A stretch of 64,000 nucleotides of DNA from Malassezia furfur (lineage: Eukaryota), in NCBI GenBank assembly GCA_052055015.1, contig JBQJIT010000003.1. One strand, written 5' to 3'. Below are positions 52,555 through 62,643 of the stretch, one piece after another. The notes under the pieces are model-generated. The model did not search any database. It had not been told where the DNA came from and saw only the letters and a list, made by a program, of their open reading frames with translations. The stretch's first letter is position 1; the number at the start of each line of letters is the position of its first letter. A program made the translations under genes and the position numbers.

Positions 52555-55248
52555 CTACGTGGAGGTACGTCGCTTGCCTTTGGACTTGGGCGCCGCAGCA
52601 GGCGCCGCGGGTGGTTCCGCCGGCTGGAGCAGTGCATCGAACGCCGCGGTGAGGTAGTCGAGGTCCGCACGACGCGCCTCGCGGATCTGGTCCTCGTCGC
52701 GCACCGGTGGCGTCGTGTGCGGCGTCACAGGCGCCGGGGTCTCGTCGCTCGGCGCACGAGCCTCGGTGGCCGCCGGCGCGGCCGGTGTGGCGCGCGGCAG
52801 CAGCGCATCGAAGTACGCGTCAGCCAGCGTCGTGACTGGCGGCAAGAGGTGCGGCGGCGCGCTGAACAGCGCTAGCGCCTCGCCCAGGCCCGCGTCCGTA
52901 GCGGCCGCCGCTTGCTGCGCGCGCGCCTGGTCGGCCTCGAGTAGCTCGGCGATCTGTGCATGCTCGGCAGCGTCCACGCCGAACAGCTCGTCAAAGAGCG
53001 TCGCGCGTGTGTCGCCGAGCGCCGCAGCGTGTAGCGAGGCCGACGGGTGCGCCCGCGCGGCACCGAGCGCTACGAGTGCACCGCGGTCGTTGAGCGCAAC
53101 GAGCCGCGGTTCGTGCGCGTCCGGCGCGAGGTTGCGCAGCGTGTCGGGGAGCAGGCGTGGTACGCGGTAGGTGTGCGTGCGCTGCCCATCGGGACGGAGC
53201 GCGTGCAGCGCTGTGCCGTCCGCATCGAGCGCCAGCAGCCCGTCGCGGTGCGGCACAAAGCCCGGCACGGCGTCGGGCGCCGCATACACCAGGTGCTGCC
53301 CCACCAAGTCCCACACGAGCAAGCGTGCCGCGCCGAGCGCCGCGAGGTAGCGACCGTGTCGGCCCACGAACGCGCACCGCTCGGCCGCACGCAGCTCGGG
53401 TGCGGCAAGGCGCGCCTGCATCACGAGCGTGTGAGGGTCCCATAGCGTCACAAACACGCCCTGCGCGACCGCAAACAGTGAGCCGTCGGGCGCCCACGAA
53501 ATATCGCGCGGCGTTGTCCCGCGGTATGCCAGCGCCGAGCGGCACACCCACGACGTCTCGGCGCGTGCGCCCTTGAGCGTGCGCGTGGCGATGCGCCACG
53601 TCTTGATCTGCCCCTCGTCGCCGGCGGTCACCAGAAGAAACTCGGCGTTAGGCAGGCGCGGCGAAAAGCTCACCGCGGTGATGCCGCGCTCGTGCGGGTG
53701 GTCGATCCGGGTATTCAGCACGTACGTCTGGTGGTGCGCGTCCCACGCCCAGAGCTTCAGCGACAGCTCGCTGGTATAGGTGCCGCCGTCGCGCCCGTCG
53801 ACGGTCGCCATCCACGCGGCGTGCGTCGCGCCGGCAAGCGGCTCAGAAAACGCGACGTGCTGCACGCGCAGCGGCGTCAGTGCCTCGTCCTCGGGGCGCG
53901 ACACGCGGTTCGACGGCGCGACTTCAACGTCGCGGATGTGCTGCCGCGCGCCGATGTCGACAAACTGCAGCGTCGAGGGGTGGCCCGCGGTGAGCGCGAC
54001 CTGCCCTGCGGCGCGGTCGAGCGCGAGCGGGTGCGGCAGTGCCGCACGGCCCGGCGCATCGAGCAGTGCGCGTGTCGCGTCGCACTTGACCGTGGCAAAG
54101 GTGCGCGCAACGCGCAGCGACAGACTCGCGACAAAGGCCACACTACCGTCCGCGAGGCACACGACGTACTCTTGCTCGCTCTTCTCAAAGCTGTGCGCCA
54201 CCGCCACCGCCACAATCCCAGCGCCGAGGCGCGGCACAAACTCGCGCGCATCTGCACCCACAGCGTTGCCGCTGCTCAGCTTCCACACGACCAACACGCC
54301 TTCCTCGCCACCGGACAGCAGCTGCGCGCCGTCCCACGTGAACTGCAGCGCGGCGACGGCATGCGCGTGCCAGTGCAGCGTCGTGGTCGGCACCGCGTCT
54401 GTTGCATGCTCAGGCACCCGACCTGCGGCGGCGAACTGCTCGAGGCAGTACCAGATGCGAATCTTGCCGTTCGCCTCGCCCGTCGCGAACCGCGGCGTAG
54501 TCGCATCGGGGTGGAAGGCGAGCGCGGTAAGGCGCGACTCGGACGCATACTTGACGAATCCCGCGCTGGTATCATGCAAGGACAGAATGTGCACACGGCT
54601 CGCGCCGAGCGCCACGAGCCAGGCGCCGTCGGGCGACACGCCGAGGTGCGTCACCTGTCGCGCCTTGCCGAGCCGCACCTGTTTGACGGCCTTGTGTGCG
54701 TGCGCCGAGGCGCGCCCAAGCTGTACCGAGTACACGGTGGTGCTCCGCCGCGACGACGCAGCGTCCGCCTCGTCGCCGTCTTTGCTCACCGCGACAAATA
54801 GGCGGTGCTTCCAGTGGGCGTGCGCAGCCATGGCGCACACCGCATATCCGACGTGCATGTCGTCGTGCAGTTCGGAATCCAAATAGTCCCATGTCTTGAT
54901 CGTGCCGTCCAACGAGCAGGTGAGCAGCTGCAAAGGATTGAACGGACTCAGCAGCATGCCCGTGATCGGCGCCGTGTGCCGCTGCTCCACGCGGGACGAT
55001 TCACCCGAGAGCGTCGCAACGACCTGGTTCGTCGCACGCGACACAATCAGCACCGCGCAGTGCTGCACCACAAACACATAGCTTCCGTCCTTGGTAAAGA
55101 CGGGCGGCACCGACGACGCAGCCTCGTCCTGCAGCACCGTCACAGGCAGGTCGGTGGTGGACTCCGGCTGAGGCACAGCCGCTTTGGCCTCGACGCCCTT
55201 CGCCGCCTGGGCACCCGCCTTCTTGGCGTCCTTCTTGCGCGCGGGCAT
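52555..55248 (-). CDS. NAN1: U3 snoRNA-associated WD40 protein Utp17/Nan1 (WDR75)
   Basis: PPVFTKDG, LHWHAHAVAAL...LLSGGEEGVLVVW, FVPRLG, LNTRIDHPH, HLLPPV. Confidence 0.85.
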   Translation of the reverse strand: MPARKKDAKKAGAQAAKGVEAKAAVPQPESTTDLPVTVLQDEAASSVPPVFTKDGSYVFVVQHCAVLIVSRATNQVVATLSGESSRVEQRHTAPITGMLLSPFNPLQLLTCSLDGTIKTWDYLDSELHDDMHVGYAVCAMAAHAHWKHRLFVAVSKDGDEADAASSRRSTTVYSVQLGRASAHAHKAVKQVRLGKARQVTHLGVSPDGAWLVALGASRVHILSLHDTSAGFVKYASESRLTALAFHPDATTPRFATGEANGKIRIWYCLEQFAAAGRVPEHATDAVPTTTLHWHAHAVAALQFTWDGAQLLSGGEEGVLVVWKLSSGNAVGADAREFVPRLGAGIVAVAVAHSFEKSEQEYVVCLADGSVAFVASLSLRVARTFATVKCDATRALLDAPGRAALPHPLALDRAAGQVALTAGHPSTLQFVDIGARQHIRDVEVAPSNRVSRPEDEALTPLRVQHVAFSEPLAGATHAAWMATVDGRDGGTYTSELSLKLWAWDAHHQTYVLNTRIDHPHERGITAVSFSPRLPNAEFLLVTAGDEGQIKTWRIATRTLKGARAETSWVCRSALAYRGTTPRDISWAPDGSLFAVAQGVFVTLWDPHTLVMQARLAAPELRAAERCAFVGRHGRYLAALGAARLLVWDLVGQHLVYAAPDAVPGFVPHRDGLLALDADGTALHALRPDGQRTHTYRVPRLLPDTLRNLAPDAHEPRLVALNDRGALVALGAARAHPSASLHAAALGDTRATLFDELFGVDAAEHAQIAELLEADQARAQQAAAATDAGLGEALALFSAPPHLLPPVTTLADAYFDALLPRATPAAPAATEARAPSDETPAPVTPHTTPPVRDEDQIREARRADLDYLTAAFDALLQPAEPPAAPAAAPKSKGKRRTST

Positions 55249-55570
55249 CCCTGCTGAACACACGCTCGCCAGCTCGACGGTGCACGGCGGAAGAAAAATT
55301 TCGCGCGCTCGGCCGATCGACTCCACACCGGACGCCAGGGGGCTCGTGCGCGGACGCACAGGGCCTTGAGCCGTGGAAAACAAAAGCCACTTACAAACTA
55401 GCAACGTATCGAAAAGACGGTCAAGGCGCCAGATCACTGGCAGTCGAAACAAACAGGTATGAAACAAACAAGTGTATGGATACGGGCACAACTCAATGGG
55501 TGGCTAGGGTAGACGGACACCGTGCCACAAATGCAGGTCGACGTGCGCGCTGCGGGTGCGCAGCCGGGAC

Positions 55571-57877
55571 TCAGTAGTCGCCGTCATAGTTTCCACCCAA
55601 GTCGCCGTCATCCATGCCCCCGTCAAAACCGCCGTCATAGCCCCCGTCCATGCTTCCGTCGTAGCCTCCGTCAAAGCCCCCATCGTCGACACCGCCGTCC
55701 CCCTCCTCACACTCGATGCACGGGCCATCGGACGTGTCGGGGACGGTGTCTTGGCACTCGGGGCAGTCTTGCGTGTCAGGGAACGTAGGCGCCTCTTCAC
55801 ACTCGGGACAGTCTTGCGTATCGGGGAACGTCGAAGGCTGGTCTGCATCGGGGCAGTCCCCTTCAGGGTAGTCGGGCACGCTCGGACCCTCTTCACATTC
55901 GGGGCAGTCGCCTTCAGGGTAATCGGGTACGCTTGGGCCCTCGTCGCATTCGTGGCAGTCGCCCTCAGGGTAATCGGGCACGCTTGGGCCCTCGTCACAT
56001 TTGGGGCAGTCGGGTACGATGGGGCCCTCGTCGCAGTCAGGGCAGTCGCTACCGCCAGTCGACGGCGACTGTGGTTGCGGCTGGCTGGGGACGATGGGGG
56101 AATTGGGCGTCGGCGTACCGCCACCTTGCGATGGCCACGTCGGCTGGGAGGGGCTCGGACCGCGGGGACCACTCGGGCCGCTCGGACCTGCAGGGCCAGG
56201 AGGGCCTTGCGGACCCTGAGGACCGCGAGGACCGCTCGGCGCTGGACCCGAAGGATAGGGCGTGTATGGCTGGCTGCCGCCAGAGCCGCCCGGTCCTCCC
56301 GGTCCTCCTGGGCCGCCCGGGCCGCCCGGACCCCCCGGAGCTCCAGGTCCGCTGGGCCCATGCGAGCTGGGCCCAATTGGAATCCAGGGGATCGATGGTG
56401 AGCCGCTGCCACTGCCGCTGCCACTGCCGCCGGGGCCACCAGAACCGCCAGGGCCTCCGGGGCCACCAGAACCGCCAGGGCCTCCGGGACCTCCCGGACC
56501 TCCCGAGCCTCCCGGACCATATGGCGTCGAAGGGCTGTATGGATTTGTGCCCGAACCTCCCGGTCCACCAGGGCCACCGGGACCACCAGGCCCACCAGGA
56601 CCTCCTGGACCACCAGAGCCGACCGGTCCACGAGGACCGGACGTAGGGACGGTCGACGTAGGCGTAGGCTTGGGACCTCGGGGAGAGCCACTCGAGCCGC
56701 CGGAACTGCCGGAGCCACCAGAGCCCCCGGGGCCACCATTGCCGCCCCTACCACCAGAGCCACCAGAGCCACCAGAGCCACCAGAACCACCAGAGCCTCC
56801 GGAGCCTCCGGAGCCACCACGGCCACCATTGCCGCCGCTACCGCCGTTGCCTCCATTCCCGCCAGAGCTACCAGGTGAGCCACTGCCCGGCCAACCAGGT
56901 GATCCGGGACGACCAGGGCTACCGGGAGCACCAGGCTGCCCAGGCGCACCGGGCTGTCCAGGCTGCCCACGAGATCCTGGGCCTTTGCCACCGGAGCTGC
57001 CGGGGCCGCCAGAACCACCAGGCCCACCAGGCCCACCAGGCCCACCAAGCCCACCAGAACCACCAGGACCGCCCTTGCCGCCGTGGCCACCCTTGCCACC
57101 ATGACCACCCTTCCCGCCGTGGCCACCCTTGCCACCATGACCACCCTTCCCGCCGTGGCCGCCCTTCCCGCCGTGGCCGCCAGAACCGCCGGAGCCGCCA
57201 GAACCGCCAGAACCGCCGGAGCCCCCGTGGCCGCCTTTCCCACCGTGATGTCCATGACCCTTGTGGCCACCCTTATGGCCGTGACCACCGCTGCCACTAG
57301 GACCGCCAGGACCGCCAGAACCGCCAGAGCCACCAGAGCCGCCGGAACCGCCGGAACCACCAGAGCCACCAGAGCCACCAGAGCCACCAGAGCCACCAGA
57401 GCCACCAGAGCCGCCAGAGCCGCCAGAGCCGCCAGAGCCGCCAGAGCCGCCGGAACCGCCGGAGCCGCCGGAACCGCCAGAGCCGCCGGAACCACCCGCA
57501 CCGCCAGCACCGCCGTTTCCTCCTTTACCACCGTTCCCGCCATCACCACCATCTCCTCCGTCACCACCTTTACCGCCCTTGCCGCCCTTGCCGCCCTTGC
57601 CGGAACCGCTGTCTCCACCTTGTGGGAACGGGCTGTCAGGGTGGTCTTCCGGCTCGTCACAGTCTGCGCTTAGTTGGGTTGCTGCAACGTCTTGCTTGTC
57701 AGCAGAGCGAGCGTGGATAGGCGTCGAGGCAATGCCATCGTTAGGAGTGCGCAGGTCGCGCACAGAAAGAGCGTGGGATTCCTCACGAGGAAAATTGGTT
57801 GGCAGAGCAACCACACCAGCAGCGAGGTTCGCCAGATAGATGGCCAGCGCAACCCGAGAAGTGCTGATGAACTTCAT
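55571..57877 (-). CDS. Secreted glycine-rich collagen/silk-like protein with acidic CxxC repeats
   Basis: Signal peptide [27 protein letters not shown]; long (GGS)n, (GGHGGK)n, (GGP)n and GQP/GAP triplet tracts; C-terminal [21 protein letters not shown] repeats. Confidence 0.8.
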   Translation of the reverse strand: MKFISTSRVALAIYLANLAAGVVALPTNFPREESHALSVRDLRTPNDGIASTPIHARSADKQDVAATQLSADCDEPEDHPDSPFPQGGDSGSGKGGKGGKGGKGGDGGDGGDGGNGGKGGNGGAGGAGGSGGSGGSGGSGGSGGSGGSGGSGGSGGSGGSGGSGGSGGSGGSGGSGGSGGSGGSGGSGGPGGPSGSGGHGHKGGHKGHGHHGGKGGHGGSGGSGGSGGSGGSGGHGGKGGHGGKGGHGGKGGHGGKGGHGGKGGHGGKGGPGGSGGLGGPGGPGGPGGSGGPGSSGGKGPGSRGQPGQPGAPGQPGAPGSPGRPGSPGWPGSGSPGSSGGNGGNGGSGGNGGRGGSGGSGGSGGSGGSGGSGGSGGRGGNGGPGGSGGSGSSGGSSGSPRGPKPTPTSTVPTSGPRGPVGSGGPGGPGGPGGPGGPGGPGGSGTNPYSPSTPYGPGGSGGPGGPGGPGGSGGPGGPGGSGGPGGSGSGSGSGSPSIPWIPIGPSSHGPSGPGAPGGPGGPGGPGGPGGPGGSGGSQPYTPYPSGPAPSGPRGPQGPQGPPGPAGPSGPSGPRGPSPSQPTWPSQGGGTPTPNSPIVPSQPQPQSPSTGGSDCPDCDEGPIVPDCPKCDEGPSVPDYPEGDCHECDEGPSVPDYPEGDCPECEEGPSVPDYPEGDCPDADQPSTFPDTQDCPECEEAPTFPDTQDCPECQDTVPDTSDGPCIECEEGDGGVDDGGFDGGYDGSMDGGYDGGFDGGMDDGDLGGNYDGDY
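57320..57495 (-). repeat. 9-nt coding tandem repeat encoding (GGS)n
   Basis: Run of ccagagcca/ccagagccg/ccggaaccg units on the + strand. Confidence 0.9.
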
Positions 57878-57980
57878 CAGAGGAACGTATTGACGTTGAA
57901 GGTGTTGAGGCGGGGTCAATCACACAGACCCAGGGTCTGCGCAGAGAGTGTTGAGCAAGTACTTCCCGAAATGCAAGGCT

Positions 57981-57987
57981 TCTTATA
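57981..57987 (-). promoter_or_regulatory. Candidate TATA box (TATAAGA) of the Gly-rich secreted gene
   Basis: About 105 nt upstream of the ATG at 57877; TATA-like words are rare in this GC-rich window. Confidence 0.4.
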
Positions 57988-58174
57988 GTCGAGTATATCT
58001 TTTGCACGCTGGCCTGAGCATCTGTTCAGATTGGATTGCAGAACGATCGCCGCATTGCTACCATACACGGAGGACCTCAAAATCCGTCTAGTCCCTAGCG
58101 TTTATGTCGCCCCCTCGTCGCAGTTTGGCCGATAACGCCGTTGCATCGTATGGCCTGTGCACGCTTCAATGCCA

Positions 58175-59348
58175 CTATGCGGCAAAATGAGTGGTGGCGC
58201 AATCACGCAAGCGCGCCGCGGCACTCTCTGCGGTAATATCGCGCTGTGGTTCGGCCATCATCTCAAACCTGTGTCAGCACTCGATCCACGTACCCGACCA
58301 GGAACTTGCGCACGGTGGCACTGCGCAACAATGGCGGGTAATAATGGACATGGAGCAGGGCGTAATCGCTGTCTCCGTCGTGCCCGTGTGGGGCATCGGC
58401 GGGAATAGGACGCTGGTGTAGGCCCATGGAGTAGGGGAAAGAGGTCTGGAACAAATTGTCAAACCGGCAAGCAACTTCACCCAGGATCGCCGCAAACGAC
58501 CCGACTTCACTCGTACTCAGTTCGGCCACCGACGAAACAAACCGCTGGTGCGGAACGACGAGTACCTCGAACGGCCAAACTGCCCAGTAGGGTACCAGCG
58601 CCACAAAGTCATCGTTGACTGTCACCACACGCGGCCTGCCTGGTGCATTTAGTTCGAGGTGCGCGTATTCTAGCAACAATGACGGACGGCCGTGGCTGTC
58701 GCGTGCGGACGCGGCGCTCGCGTTACGTGGATCCAGTGCAAATTTGCGCATACTCTCCATTTCTTTGGCAGGTTCATTCGGAATGTAATCCAAGCTCCAA
58801 ATTTGACCGTGTGGGTGCGGGTTACTGCACCCCATTGCGCTGCCTTTGTTCTCAAAGAACTGGATGTACCGCACAAACGGATTCTCTTTCGAAATCTTTT
58901 CGAACAAGTTCTGCCATGCCGTAACAACCGGTACAATGTTTTCCTGTGCAGAGAAGGGAGGAGTCGTCAGCTGTGCGAGGGTGAGATCGTGCCGTGGGTT
59001 GAAGCACAACACGTAGCAGCGGCCGCGGGCAGGCTCGATACGGAAGAGCCTCGACGCAATACTGTCGGACTCCTGCGGATTTTGATCGACCTCATCCGGT
59101 TTCAGTGCTGCATAATCATTTTCAAATACAAAGGTGGACGTGTACGCTTCGTTATGGGCGCCTGTCGCACGAGCATTGCCTGGGCAGAGGTAGCATTTTT
59201 CATCGTACTGCGGCAACTTGGTGATCTGTGAGGATTCCTGTGCACCCTGCCATGGCCTCTGCGTGCGGTGAGGCGAACATAGCACGAACGACTCTTGCAA
59301 CGGGTTCCAGCGTCGGTGCGGATGCTGTGTGGGGTCCAAGACGGTCAT
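58175..59348 (-). CDS. GAL7: Galactose-1-phosphate uridylyltransferase; 2 exons
   Basis: HRRWNPL, SPHRTQRPWQG, CYLCPGN, FENKGSAMGCSNPHPHGQIW; 25-nt intron 58269-58293 restores RKFLVGFEMMAEPQRDIT. Confidence 0.95.
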
Positions 59349-59725
59349 CGTCGTAGGTTCTGACTAAGCTACGAAGAGGGGCTCCACCCCAGACAGCACG
59401 CAAGCGAGACCTTCGTAGACCATTAGGGCCTACCAAACATTGCATATGCCTGCATCTAGCGAAAACCGGGAGACAAGAGCACTTCGTACTATGTCGGTTG
59501 TAGACGATAACTTGCACTATAGGCGATCCGCAGGTATTCTGGCAAGTTTGTCAAGGCAGTTTCTTGGAGTATATTGCCACTGCAGTCGACCAAGCATCCC
59601 CATTCGGCCTGATCTTCCTTCAGCATGGGTGCGCCCACGTCCGGTCTGGGTATCGAGGAGTTCAGCGGGCGCGAAATGGCACGCAAGACCAACTTGGCCC
59701 ATGCGAGACTCCACGTGGCTTCACC

Positions 59726-60462
59726 ATGGAGGGGCACGAAGGGCATGCGATGCAGATGCATGAAGGCCATTCCATGCCAGGACACGACGGTAATGGCACC
59801 GATGCGTGTATCATGACGATGAGCTGGAACTCTCATACTCGTAATGTATGCATTATAACCCCTGCCTGGCATATTCGATCATCACAGGGTTTTGTGTTGT
59901 CGATGTTGGTGATTCTGGGGATCAGTGTCGCGTACGAGTACCTCAAGTGGGCCATGCGGTGCCTCGATGTGGCGATTGTGCGACTTGAAGATGCACAATC
60001 CAACCTGGGTCCGCGCGGAGCTGGAGACAGCGATGCGGACCCTCTCAGTACGACCGCTTCTCTTCGGCGGCCGCGGACACGCAATGCCAAACGAATCATC
60101 CCCATGACGTACGCCGATCTGGTTGCGAACGATTCGGCAGAGCGTGGGGAAGATACCGGTTCCTTATCGCCGAAGCGTACGACCAAGTCGACTTCGTGTG
60201 CGCTATTGCGCCTGTTGTACGTGACCCACTCTAACCCAGACCGCTTGGGCTACAGACGCCGTCGCGGCTTCATGGTGTGCGGTCTCTGCTGTATGGCCTA
60301 CAAGTATCGATTGCGTGCTTTTTGATGCTCGTTATGATGACCTATAATTCATGGATGATCGGCGCCATTGTGGCCGGTGCGATCCTGGGCGCGTTTTTCT
60401 ACAGTCGTGCGCCCATCGGTGCTGCCGTGGCATTGGACGACAAGAGCACCGCATGCCACTAG
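59726..60462 (+). CDS. Ctr-family copper transporter (Ctr2-like); 2 exons
   Basis: His/Met-rich N-terminus, CIMTMSWN...CII...WHI, YEYL; 23-nt intron 60217-60239; MLVMMTYN (MxxxM) and GxxxG motif; ends ACH*. Confidence 0.9.
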
Positions 60463-61532
60463 AAGGGAGGCTCGTACTTGCGAAACACGACGCCGGCCTC
60501 GGCAAAGATCTGGGCACTGCGGTCATCCATGCTGTACTCGAGCTGGTATACGACCTCCATCACACCGGTCTGGACGATCTTTACGGCACATCGTAGACAT
60601 GGACATCTGCGTTAGTCAAACACATACGTGTTGCAATAGATAAGTGTGCCTTCCGCGCCGCCGCGATCACGGCCCAGTTCCAGGAGCGCGTTTTCTTCAG
60701 CGTGCAGACAAAGGCACTCGTCCAGGTTGCTTCCGCATGACGCGCTTTCGTTGCACCGAGCACACCCGCCCTCGTTGCAATTCGTGAGCCCCCGAGGCGT
60801 TCCATTATACCCCGTTGAAAGCACGCGGTTCTTACGCACAATTACGGCCCCGACGCGACGCTTCATGCAATTGGATCGCAAGGAGGCGAGAGAGCACAGT
60901 GACACAAAGTAAGCATCCCACGTTGGACGCAAGCGATGCATGGATGTGAGCGAGAGGGTGTCGAGGTGCGCGTACAGTTCCGGAAGTGTGCGCATGGTAT
61001 TAGCGATCCGCAGCTGACTCCGCGAGAGCAGAGCAGCAAGAGCGCCGTTGCCTGACGGCATGGAAGCCGAGATAAGCGACCCACTTTGGTGCAAGAACGA
61101 CAGGTTTGAGACGTCCTTGGAAAGGTGCTGTGCATCTGCATCACTCGTGTGCGTCGTGCCATACATCACGCTGTCGTCGTGCGCCACGAACGAGGCAAGG
61201 TCCAAGGTGTCGCGTGCATCAGAGGCAGACGCGTCGAGTCGCGCCTTGGCGCGCGTCCAACGCAGCATCATCGGCGCCTCGATTCCGACGAGCAGGAAGA
61301 AGGGTCGCTTGTCGAACATGCCCACCAGTTCCGTTGTATCAAGATCCAGCGTCACATAGTTGGTCCGCCAGTGGGCCGTGACGTGATGGAGCATCGCTTC
61401 GGGTGAATCGAAATGCAATACACCCGGCGACTTGGGTGCTAATGTGATCTGCGTAAAATCATGCTTGTCTATAAGGTAGTTGGCGACCGAAGATTTGCCG
61501 GCACACGCCAGACCCACCAAGGCGACGAGCAT
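60459..61532 (-). CDS. DCD1: dCMP deaminase with an N-terminal P-loop kinase-like domain; 2 exons
   Basis: RPTWDAYF, SNCMKRRVGA, TGYNGTPRG, CLHAEENAL; 21-nt intron 60607-60627 restores YCNTCPCLRCAVKI. Confidence 0.95.
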
Positions 61533-61543
61533 CGAGGAGCAGG

Positions 61544-61566
61544 ACGCGTCGCGAGACGCGTCGCGT
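61544..61566. promoter_or_regulatory. Duplicated MCB-like element upstream of DCD1
   Basis: ACGCGTCGCG at 61544 and again at 61556 within a 49-nt spacer. Confidence 0.6.
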
Positions 61567-61581
61567 TACTTATTTCCCCGA

Positions 61582-62600
61582 TCATGGCTCGAGCACGTCG
61601 AGATCGCCAAGGCCTTTGGTGATGTACGTAGGTACCGCCGGAGTGTTCTCCTCGTGCACCTCTTCCTTCTTGGAAATTCCAGTAAGCACCAGGAGGGTAT
61701 CCAATCCACCATGGGTGCCAAATGCAATGTCTGTGTTGAGGCGATCCCCTACCATGAGCGTGCGTGACCTGTCGAACGAATGACTAGCGAGAATAGCATC
61801 GAGCATGGGCTGGTTGGGCTTGCCAATCACCGTCGGTTCACGCTTGCTCGCTTCACGGATGCCTATCCAGCAAGAGCCCGCGCCGGGCCATGCGCCAGAT
61901 TGGGACGGGAAGGTAGTGTCATCATTCGAGCACAAGAAGTAACATCCACCACCCTTCTGTCCGCTTTGGACGTCCTCGGTAGCATTTTCCCGGGTCAGGT
62001 AGCGAAATGCCTTGGCCAGCTTGGCGTAGTTCAGGTCTGTATCGATGCCACAAAGTACAGCTGCGACGCTGTCATCCATAGCTCCGGGTTCGAGCAGGGG
62101 GGCAAAGTCGGTGCCCTCGATCTTGACCTGCTCCTTGGGATCCTGCGTCAGTATTGGGACGTACCGTTCCGCCAATGTGCTGAATGCCGACGGCATCAAG
62201 TTCGTCCTCCAGTCCGGCCATGCCGACCACGTACACTTTGCGGTCCGAGGGAAACTTTAGCACTTCCTTCAGATACAGAGCGGACGCCGACGCTGAGGAG
62301 AATACCTCGTTCTCGGAGGCCTGGATCCCGAGGTCCTTGAATCGCTTGAGCAAGGTTGCCCGGCTCTTGCTTGCGTTGTTCGTTACGAACAGCACACGCT
62401 TGTTGCGCTTGCGAAGTTTCTCGAGCACTGAAACAACGCCAGGCAGTGCCTCAGTACCGAACCAGAGCACACCATCACAGTCTGTGTCAGACTGGAAACC
62501 TACCGAATAGAAAGTTGTCGTAGCGGTCGACGAGATCCTTGTAATCCGAGGGCTCTTCAAGGTGGCGGTAGGTCCCCCGGGGTACGGTATGCTCAGTCAT
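61582..62600 (-). CDS. PHO13: HAD-IIA phosphatase (4-nitrophenylphosphatase/phosphoglycolate phosphatase); 3 exons
   Basis: Introns 62482-62503 and 62143-62164 restore FLFDCDGVLW and GGTDP; FVTNNASKSR, GKPNQPM, MVGDRLNTDIAFG. Confidence 0.93.
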
Positions 62601-62643
62601 GGTGGTGGGGATGTATGCGCGCACGGGTCACCTACCCGGGAGG

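Noticed and set aside
55446..55471. Duplicated GAAACAAACA between UTP17 and the Gly-rich gene
   Set aside because: Only two copies of a low-complexity word; could be a 3'-UTR or factor site but cannot be supported from sequence alone.
56300..57620. Regular short repeats resembling a CRISPR array or satellite
   Set aside because: No unique spacers; they are 9/18-nt codon-phased repeats inside a signal-peptide-bearing ORF in a eukaryote.
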